The notes under the pieces are model-generated. The model saw only the letters and a list, made by a program, of their open reading frames with translations, made no database searches and was not told where the DNA came from. A DNA stretch of 64,000 nucleotides, taken from contig JBMNJG010000007.1 in assembly GCA_050951545.1 (NCBI GenBank), positions 480,001 to 544,000 of the forward strand, written 5' to 3'. A program made the translations under genes and the position numbers. Origin of the DNA: Limnochordia bacterium. Lineage in GTDB: Bacteria > Bacillota > Limnochordia > DTU080. This document shows positions 57,295-64,000 of the stretch, piece by piece. Positions within the stretch are counted from its first letter, which is position 1. The number at the start of each line of letters is the position of its first letter.

Positions 57295-58104
57295 TTGGGG
57301 GCTTTGCGGATTACTCATGCACAGACCGCACAAAGCGTGAAAGAGCAGTTGGCTCAGGGGGCGGGACGGATGCAGCAGGCCTGGCGCCACGTCTCTTCGG
57401 GTAGGCGGGTGGAAAGACCCTCCGATGATCCGGCTGCGACAGCCCGCATTCTCAGCTATCGCTCATTACTCAGTGGGGTCGAGCAGCGGCGCTTCCAGGT
57501 AGAGGCGGGGCACTCTTTGCTGACCACGGTGGACACCGTACTAGGCAGCGCCGACTTGCTGCTGATGGAGGCGCAAGATCTGGCGCTCAATGCGGGATCG
57601 CCCGGGGTTTCTGAGGACGACAGGCGCTCCATGGCAGAGAAGGTGCAGGGACTCATTGAGCAGCTGGAAGACATCGCTGAGACGAAATACGACAACCGAG
57701 CCCTCTTTGCCGCCGGAGCGGCCAACACTTCGGCTGTAGATCTCGCAGGCTTGGATCTTTCCGCCCAGAACGTCTTCGCTACTCCCCTGGCGGCATTGCA
57801 GGATCTATATGACGAACTCTCCGCTGGCGATCGAGTCAGTGATGTGACGCTTGCTGCGTTGAAGGGTGGCCTGGATGCGCTGGTGAGCTACCGGACGCAG
57901 GTGGGAGTCCGCGTCAACCGCTTGGAGAGTCTGACCAGTCGTCTGCTGACGATGGAGCATGACCTGGTTGATCGCAAGAGCGGGGACGAGGAAGTGGATC
58001 TCGGTCAGGCCATGATCGACCTCAAGGAAGAAGAGACGGCCTACCAGGCGGCCCTAGCGGCTAGTGCGCGTCTCATGCGGATAAGCCTTGTCGATTTTCT
58101 CTGA
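57295..58104 (+). CDS. flgL: Hook-associated protein FlgL (short)
   Basis: SSGRRVERPSDDP and YQAAL...ISLVDFL. Confidence 0.9.
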   Translation: MGALRITHAQTAQSVKEQLAQGAGRMQQAWRHVSSGRRVERPSDDPAATARILSYRSLLSGVEQRRFQVEAGHSLLTTVDTVLGSADLLLMEAQDLALNAGSPGVSEDDRRSMAEKVQGLIEQLEDIAETKYDNRALFAAGAANTSAVDLAGLDLSAQNVFATPLAALQDLYDELSAGDRVSDVTLAALKGGLDALVSYRTQVGVRVNRLESLTSRLLTMEHDLVDRKSGDEEVDLGQAMIDLKEEETAYQAALAASARLMRISLVDFL

Positions 58105-58244
58105 AATTCGGTGCCTGAGGCAGGAATCGGTGGTCACTGCTGACGAATAGGGTTCATGACTTGCGACACATGAAGAAAGGCATTCATGACGGCATGTGGG
58201 TCGTCACGGACGAGGCAGAAGAGGGGCCCGAAAGGTGGTGACGT

Positions 58245-59003
58245 ATGGTACGTGGACTTTACACCAGTGCTCTGGGCATGCTGGGCAGCATGGAAAGGGT
58301 AGATATCTTAAGTCACAACCTGGCGAATGTGAATACTCCAGCCTTCAAGAAAGTGGGAAGTACCTCACGGAGCTTTTCGGAGATAATTGCCCGCTGTGAG
58401 AGGCGACCACACGATGGGCGTACTGTCTCGACCCTGATTGGAAACGTAGGAGTGGGCATCCAGGTGGATAGCACCTACTTTCTGCTGAACGAGGGTCCAC
58501 TGCGCGAGACGGGGAGCCAGCTGCAGGCCGCTATTCGTGGATCGGGCTTCTTTGTCGTAGAGACTCCAGATGGGCTAGGCTACACGCGCGATGGCCGTTT
58601 TCTCGTTGACAGCGAGGGTTGGCTGGTCACGTTGGACGGTCATCGGGTCTTGGGTGAGAATGGGCCGCTGGCGGTTTCCACTGACGATGCCATGATCACG
58701 GATGCGGGTGAGCTGTTGTGTGACGGTCAACCTGTGGGGCGTCTGCGTTGTGTGGATTTCGCTCATCCGGAAGGGCTCGTTTTGCAGGGCGGTAGTCTTT
58801 ACCGTGCTGGGACTGCCAGTGGTCCGCCCCTGATGCGGGAGTGTCATCTGGCGGTCGGCTTTCTGGAAGAGTCCAACGTCAACGTGGTTTCGGAGATGGT
58901 CGAGCTGATCTCAGCCACGCGGTTGTATGAGGCGAATCAGAGGGTGATCTTGGCCTATGATGATTGTCTGGGAAAGGCGGTGGGTGAAGTAGGCAAGGTG
59001 TAG
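58245..59003 (+). CDS. flgF: Basal-body rod protein FlgF (FlhO-like)
   Basis: MVRGLYTSA, HNLANVNTPAFK, YTRDG and LEESNVN. Confidence 0.88.
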   Translation: MVRGLYTSALGMLGSMERVDILSHNLANVNTPAFKKVGSTSRSFSEIIARCERRPHDGRTVSTLIGNVGVGIQVDSTYFLLNEGPLRETGSQLQAAIRGSGFFVVETPDGLGYTRDGRFLVDSEGWLVTLDGHRVLGENGPLAVSTDDAMITDAGELLCDGQPVGRLRCVDFAHPEGLVLQGGSLYRAGTASGPPLMRECHLAVGFLEESNVNVVSEMVELISATRLYEANQRVILAYDDCLGKAVGEVGKV

Positions 59004-59041
59004 GTAGCACACGAGCAGTGCGCGGCCGGGGCAAAATGAGA

Positions 59042-59095
59042 GGGCTGGACCGCATATGCGGAAGCCTATGGGTCACCGAACGAATGAGGTGACCC
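59042..59095 (+). promoter_or_regulatory. Candidate cis-regulatory two-hairpin RNA, copy 2 (flgG leader)
   Basis: GGGCT-GGA-CCGCATATGCGG-A-AGCCT, then GGGTCACC-GAACGAATGA-GGTGACCC. Confidence 0.7.
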
Positions 59096-59150
59096 CGGTG
59101 AAGATGCCTCTGAGCTGCGCAACTACAGCGTCTAGGGAGGCGTATCACCG

Positions 59151-59939
59151 ATGATGCGTTCACTGTGGATCGCCGCTTCGGGCATGTCGGGGCAGCAGTT
59201 TAACATCGATACCATCGCCAATAACCTCGCGAACGTAAATACCTCCGGATACAAGAAAAGCCGTGTCGATTTCCAGGATCTGCTCTACCAGACGATCCGC
59301 GTGGCTGGAACGCCAGCGACCACAGGTGCCCAGGTCCCCACGGGCATCCACATTGGCCACGGCGTACGTCAAGTAGCTACACAGAAGATCTTCACTCAAG
59401 GGGCCTTCAAACAGACTGACAATCCCTTAGATCTCGTCATTGAGGGTGACGGTTTCCTCCAGGTTCTCCTGCCCGACGGCTCAGTGGCCTACACCCGCGA
59501 CGGTGCCCTCAAGAAAGATAGCCAAGGCCGTCTGGTGACCTCTGATGGTTTTCCTCTAGAACCCGAGATCGTGATTCCTGACGGGGCAGCCAGCATTTCG
59601 GTCGCTGCCGACGGTTCCGTTACTGCCAGCATTAGTGGTCAGGATCGGCCGGAGGACATCGGTCAGATCGAGCTGGCTCGTTTTGTGAATCCGGCTGGTC
59701 TGCGCAGTTGGGGGCGTAATCTCTATCTGCCCTCTGCGGGATCAGGCGAGGCCATTGTGGGCACCCCGGGGTTGGAGGGGTTGGGCTCGATCGCGCAGGG
59801 CTTTGTGGAAATGTCGAATGTGCAGGTAGTTGAAGAGATGGTCAACATGATTATGAGTCAGAGGGCCTACGAATCGAACTCGAAAGCCATTCAGGCCTCG
59901 GATGACATGCTGCAGACCGCCAACAACCTGCGGCGGTAG
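59151..59939 (+). CDS. flgG: Distal rod protein FlgG
   Basis: MRSLWIAASGM, FQDLLYQ and EEMVNMIMSQRAYESNSK; 262 aa. Confidence 0.95.
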   Translation: MMRSLWIAASGMSGQQFNIDTIANNLANVNTSGYKKSRVDFQDLLYQTIRVAGTPATTGAQVPTGIHIGHGVRQVATQKIFTQGAFKQTDNPLDLVIEGDGFLQVLLPDGSVAYTRDGALKKDSQGRLVTSDGFPLEPEIVIPDGAASISVAADGSVTASISGQDRPEDIGQIELARFVNPAGLRSWGRNLYLPSAGSGEAIVGTPGLEGLGSIAQGFVEMSNVQVVEEMVNMIMSQRAYESNSKAIQASDDMLQTANNLRR

Positions 59940-59964
59940 CTAGCAGGGATAGAGACTTAGGGCT

Positions 59965-60975
59965 ATGGTAGGCCAGCGCAGCACGTGTGTGGGGTTCAGG
60001 CTTCTCGTGTGGGTACTGGCTGTGTGGGTAGGGCAGTGCCTCTGTGTGGGTGCAGCCGCGGCTTCGGCGGTGGCCCGGCTGCGCTCACCAGCGACGGTGG
60101 CTGGGCCAGACATTCTCTTGGGTGAGATTGCGGATATCGATAGTAGTGATGAGTTGCTGCGGGAGCGCTTGAAGAGTCTGGTTGTCGGCAAGGCAGCGTT
60201 GCCTGGAGCCGAGCGACAGCTCTTTGTGGGTTCGGTGCGGGTCCGTTTGCGTCAGGCAGGCATCCCTGAGACGTTAGTGCTTTTGCAGGCCGACGGCGAT
60301 GCGCTGCGGGTACAGACCGTTGCGACGCTGGTACCCGCTTCCGAGCTCGAGGCGGTCGCTGAGGCTGCCGTGGCGCGTTGGTTGGAGAGTTGTTACGGAG
60401 CCATTCCAGCGAGCATTCGCTGTTCGGCGGCCAGCGCGCTGGTTGCTGTGTCAGGTAGTGGCTATGCACTTCGCCCAGCCAGCGAAGTCGTCAGGAAGCC
60501 GGGAAGTGATCAGCTCAGCGTGCCTATCGCCATCTGGAGTGACCGACGCCTCGTGCAGCAGCTGACGGTCACTTGCAGTGTGACTGCCTATGCCGAGGTG
60601 GCGGTGGCGGCCACGAGGTTGGAGCGGCGCAGTGAGCTGCGCATGGACGATATCCGTTGGGAGGCGCGAAGCATCCTGAGTCTGCCAAGCGGGGCACTTG
60701 TCCGTGGCTCGTGGTCGGAGGCGACCGGATGGCGACTGACTCGCTTTGTGGATGCGGGCAGTGTATTCACCACCGATATGCTGGAGCGCCAGCCAGATGC
60801 CTACGCAGGTGCCGAGGTGCAGCTGGTCACAGCGCGAGGAGCGGTGCGGGTGAGCGATCTAGGCACGCTGACCGCAGATGGCTACGTGGGGGCTACGGTT
60901 GGTGCCACTAACGCGCGTACGGGCCAGCTGGTCCGTGGCCTTCTGGTCACGCCCACGATGGTCAGTGTCGAATAG
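59965..60975 (+). CDS. flgA: P-ring formation chaperone FlgA
   Basis: Signal peptide, ILLGEIA, SAF-like C-terminal region (ADGYVG.TV...N.RTG); position before flgH/I. Confidence 0.75.
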   Translation: MVGQRSTCVGFRLLVWVLAVWVGQCLCVGAAAASAVARLRSPATVAGPDILLGEIADIDSSDELLRERLKSLVVGKAALPGAERQLFVGSVRVRLRQAGIPETLVLLQADGDALRVQTVATLVPASELEAVAEAAVARWLESCYGAIPASIRCSAASALVAVSGSGYALRPASEVVRKPGSDQLSVPIAIWSDRRLVQQLTVTCSVTAYAEVAVAATRLERRSELRMDDIRWEARSILSLPSGALVRGSWSEATGWRLTRFVDAGSVFTTDMLERQPDAYAGAEVQLVTARGAVRVSDLGTLTADGYVGATVGATNARTGQLVRGLLVTPTMVSVE

Positions 60976-60989
60976 GGAGGTGATGGGCA

Positions 60990-61628
60990 GTGGGCAACCT
61001 GACAGCCGGTGGGTGGAGGAGGCGGCCAGGCCGACAGAGGCTCTGTGTGGACTGGCGGTGCCTGCTCTTGTTGGTGTTCATGCTTACATTGCCGGCCTCT
61101 GCCTCGTCTTTGTGGGTGGAAGGGACACGTTCCCTTTTTACCACGCCACAGCGGGCTTGGCAGGTCGGTGACCTGATCACGGTGATCATTGTCGAGCAGG
61201 CTCAGGCCACGCAGACTTCCAGTACTGAGACTGCGAAAAAGAGCGGCTTGGGGGTGGGCCTGGAGCTGCCAGCAGGTGCCTTAGAGGCACTGGGCAGCGT
61301 GAATGCGGATATTGAAGGCGGTGATCGCCTGCGTTCCACGGGGAAGACGGTGCGTGGCGGCACGCTGAGGGCCAGCCTGACAGCCGAAGTGAAGGAGGTA
61401 GACGGCTCGGGTAATCTGCACATCGAGGGGCGACAGACCATTGTGGTCAACGGGGAGACCCAGGAGATTGTGCTGTCTGGAGTCGTGCGTTCCCAGGATG
61501 TGTACTCCGATAACAGTGTGCTGTCCACCAGCATCGCCAATGCCGAGATTGCCTATAAGGGTGCTGGTACGTTGGGGTCCAAGCAGCAACAGGGGATTAT
61601 CACTAGGTTTTTTCACTGGCTCTTCTAG
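60990..61628 (+). CDS. flgH: L-ring protein FlgH
   Basis: RA.QVGDLITVIIVE, GNLHIEG, LSGVVR.QD and N.VLST.IANA.I.Y.G. Confidence 0.92.
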   Translation: MGNLTAGGWRRRPGRQRLCVDWRCLLLLVFMLTLPASASSLWVEGTRSLFTTPQRAWQVGDLITVIIVEQAQATQTSSTETAKKSGLGVGLELPAGALEALGSVNADIEGGDRLRSTGKTVRGGTLRASLTAEVKEVDGSGNLHIEGRQTIVVNGETQEIVLSGVVRSQDVYSDNSVLSTSIANAEIAYKGAGTLGSKQQQGIITRFFHWLF

Positions 61629-61643
61629 AGCAGCGGAAGGGGC

Positions 61644-62777
61644 GTGAGGCGTGTGGGTGGTTGGCGTAGGAAGCGGATGTGTCTAGTACTTGCGGCCACG
61701 ATGCTGCTCGTGGCTGGGGAGGCTACGGGGGCCAGTGAAGTGCAGCCAGAGGCGCTGGAACCCAGCCCGGCAGCTATTGCGGTGGAGATGGCCAGTCCGC
61801 TGGTGCGCATCAAGGACATTGCCCGTGTGCAAGGTGTCCGTGATAACCAACTGATCGGGATGGGCCTCGTGGTGGGCCTCAACGGCACAGGTGACGGCTC
61901 GGGCAATCAGGCTAATGTGCAGATGGTGACCAATATGCTGCAGCAGTTTGGGATCACGGTGGATGCCCGCTACATGCGTTCACGTAATGTGGCGGCAGTG
62001 GTGGCGACGGCCGCCCTGCCCAGCTTTGCTCGTAGCGGGGACGCCATCGACGTGACAGTGGCCTCGATGGGTGATGCTCGCAGTCTGCAGGGCGGCTTGC
62101 TGTTGCAGACTCCGTTGCAGGGCGCTGATGGTGGGGTTTATGCCGTAGCCCAAGGGCCGCTAGTGATCGGTGGGGAGGGTACCTCAAGAGGCCCCGGGCA
62201 GAGGACCCATGCTCAGACCGCTCGTGTCCCTGCCGGGGCCATTGTGGAGAGAGAGGTGCCAGCAGCCTTTGTGGAGGCCGAGGAGCTGCTGCTGGTGCTA
62301 CATACACCAGACTTTGCCACGGCAGCCCGAGTGGCCCAGGCCGTCAACGATGCCACGGGGCCAAAGACAGCCAAGGCGCTGGATCGCACTGCTATAGCAG
62401 TGGGCATCCCTCTTGCGTATCAGGGCAACCCGGTGGAGTTCATTGCCGCGCTCGAGGAGCTCTCGGTTACCCCTGATGCACCCGCTCGGGTGGTGGTCAA
62501 CGAACGGACTGGCACGGTGATCATCGGGGCGGGCGTGCGGGTGGCGCCAGTGGCCGTGACACACGGGACACTGCGCCTACAGATTGAGGCGCCTGACGGA
62601 GCGGCGCGTTATACGAGCCAAGGGCCCGTAACACAGAGCGTGGTGCTATCGGGCAGCACAGTGCACGATGTCGTCGCTGGGCTCAACGCCATCGGGGCGA
62701 GTCCCCGCGATGTCATCTCTATGCTGCAGGCCATCCGAGCAGCCGGGGCGCTCTACGGTGAACTGGTGGTGATCTAG
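61644..62777 (+). CDS. flgI: P-ring protein FlgI
   Basis: RIKDIA.VQGVRDNQLIG.GLVVGLNGTGD and VVNERTGTV. Confidence 0.95.
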   Translation: MRRVGGWRRKRMCLVLAATMLLVAGEATGASEVQPEALEPSPAAIAVEMASPLVRIKDIARVQGVRDNQLIGMGLVVGLNGTGDGSGNQANVQMVTNMLQQFGITVDARYMRSRNVAAVVATAALPSFARSGDAIDVTVASMGDARSLQGGLLLQTPLQGADGGVYAVAQGPLVIGGEGTSRGPGQRTHAQTARVPAGAIVEREVPAAFVEAEELLLVLHTPDFATAARVAQAVNDATGPKTAKALDRTAIAVGIPLAYQGNPVEFIAALEELSVTPDAPARVVVNERTGTVIIGAGVRVAPVAVTHGTLRLQIEAPDGAARYTSQGPVTQSVVLSGSTVHDVVAGLNAIGASPRDVISMLQAIRAAGALYGELVVI

Positions 62778-62779
62778 CC

Positions 62780-63151
62780 TTGGATATCTACGGGGTCAGT
62801 AGCAGGGCCACGGCGGCAGTATCGTCTCAGCCCTCTAGGGCCGGTAGCCAGAGCACGTTTGCGGGGGTGCTAGCCCAGGCCCATCGTGCGTACCTGGTGG
62901 ATCCGGGCTTGACGCCTCCTGTCAAAGACGCTGACGGTCAGCTCCGTTGGGCAGCACAGCAACTGGAGGCTTTCTTTACGCGGGAGCTCTTCACGAGCAT
63001 GCGCCGCACGGTACCCGAGGGCGGTCTGTTTAAGAAGAGCTTCGCCAGTGAGATGTATGAGGATATGCTCTGGGACGAACGGGCCAAGGCCGCCGTAGCA
63101 GCGGGTGGCCTTGGCCTTAGTGAGCTGATCTTGTCACAGCTGCGGGGTTGA
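62780..63151 (+). CDS. flgJ: FlgJ rod-binding domain protein (no muramidase domain)
   Basis: AAQQLEAFF..SMRRTV, MYEDML and GLGLSELI..QL. Confidence 0.82.
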   Translation: MDIYGVSSRATAAVSSQPSRAGSQSTFAGVLAQAHRAYLVDPGLTPPVKDADGQLRWAAQQLEAFFTRELFTSMRRTVPEGGLFKKSFASEMYEDMLWDERAKAAVAAGGLGLSELILSQLRG

Positions 63152-63208
63152 AGCAGCCAGCGGGTCAGAGCGTGGTACCTGTAGGTCAAATGGCAAGCAG
63201 ACATGGAT

Positions 63209-63243
63209 GTAGGGGATGCCGCGGGGTGTCCCCTGCGATTTTT
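63209..63243 (+). terminator. Rho-independent terminator after flgJ
   Basis: GTAGGGGATGCC-GCGG-GGTGTCCCCTGC stem then GATTTTT. Confidence 0.65.
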
Positions 63244-63256
63244 CTGCTGTGAACCC

Positions 63257-63284
63257 TCAAGTTTCTTGGCCAGCATGACGATAT
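63257..63284 (+). promoter_or_regulatory. Sigma-28 promoter of flagellin
   Basis: TCAA-N16-GACGATAT. Confidence 0.7.
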
Positions 63285-63367
63285 ACACAGTAGCGAAGAT
63301 GAGGCGGGCGGCCGCTGCCTCGTCTCGCCGATGTGGACAGAACGATGCACTAGGGAGGCCAAAGCAG

Positions 63368-64000
63368 ATGAGGATTCAGACAAACGTTTCGGCGCTGAAC
63401 GCGTGGAGAAACTTGAATCAGACCACAGGGGCGATGGGCAAGAACCTGGAGCGGCTCTCTTCCGGATTCCGGATTAACAAGGCGGCAGACGACGCTGCAG
63501 GGCTCGCTATCTCCGAGAAGATGCGGGCACAGATCAGGGGTCTGAACCAGGCCACGCGCAACGCCCAAGACGGCATTTCACTTATCCAGACGGCAGAAGG
63601 GGCTATGGGTGAGATCCAGAGCATCCTGCAGCGCATGCGGGAGCTGGCGAATCAGGCAGCAAGCGACGGCCTGACAGATGACGATCGCGGTCAGATCCAG
63701 AAGGAAGTCGACCAGCTGGTGGAGCAGATCACGGACATAGCCACAACGACGCAGTTTAACACGAAGACGATTCTGGACGGAACAAGTGGTATGGGCATCA
63801 TCATACAGACTGGCGCCAACGCGGGCGAGGAGCTTACCTTTGACATTGCCAGCGTGGATCCCACTGGGTTGGGGGTTGCGGCGATCTCCATCGCCACACA
63901 GACGGACGCCAGCGCGGCCATTTCCACGATCGATGACGCGATCAATGATATATCCGGCTACCGCGCCGAACTCGGTGCCCTGCAAAACCGTTTGGAGCAC
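63368..64000 (+). CDS. fliC: Flagellin, truncated at window edge (not in ORF track)
   Basis: Hand translation MRIQTNVSALNA...LERLSSGFRINKAADDAAGLAISEKMRAQIRGL...RAELGALQNRLEH. Confidence 0.96.
   Translation, partial: MRIQTNVSALNAWRNLNQTTGAMGKNLERLSSGFRINKAADDAAGLAISEKMRAQIRGLNQATRNAQDGISLIQTAEGAMGEIQSILQRMRELANQAASDGLTDDDRGQIQKEVDQLVEQITDIATTTQFNTKTILDGTSGMGIIIQTGANAGEELTFDIASVDPTGLGVAAISIATQTDASAAISTIDDAINDISGYRAELGALQNRLEH

Noticed and set aside
1-64000. tRNA, rRNA, CRISPR, IS, prophage or defence genes
   Set aside because: None recognised; intergenic gaps are short and the ORFs are accounted for by metabolic and flagellar genes.

Overview
GC-rich bacterial window, probably from a diderm (outer-membrane-bearing) Firmicute such as a Limnochordia-like lineage (inference). 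It has three parts. (1) 1-2609: a nonulosonic-acid locus (NeuA-HAD phosphatase fusion plus a short NeuB), divergent from an unannotated ORF that has a sigma-K-like promoter. (2) 2.8-31.6 kb: a carbohydrate/amino-sugar region with five ABC solute-binding proteins lacking permeases, three GH20 hexosaminidases (two form a tandem duplication), GH28, a beta-helix enzyme, GH63-like and GHL10-like hydrolases, DegT and class III aminotransferases, amidohydrolases and a Gfo/Idh/MocA dehydrogenase. (3) 31.9-64 kb: one flagellar supercluster from flgB to fliC, including flgA/H/I/J but no chemotaxis genes. The most striking signal is a two-hairpin RNA-like motif with compensatory changes, found in the leaders of both flgE (41549-41601) and flgG (59042-59095). 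One copy directly abuts the gene for the uncharacterised TIGR02530-type flagellar protein, suggesting a post-transcriptional control system for hook and rod subunits. Also notable: a +1 frameshift splitting fliY/fliN, a repeat-expanded 812-aa FliK, and degenerate CheY-interaction motifs. All assignments come from motif recognition by eye; no searches were run.
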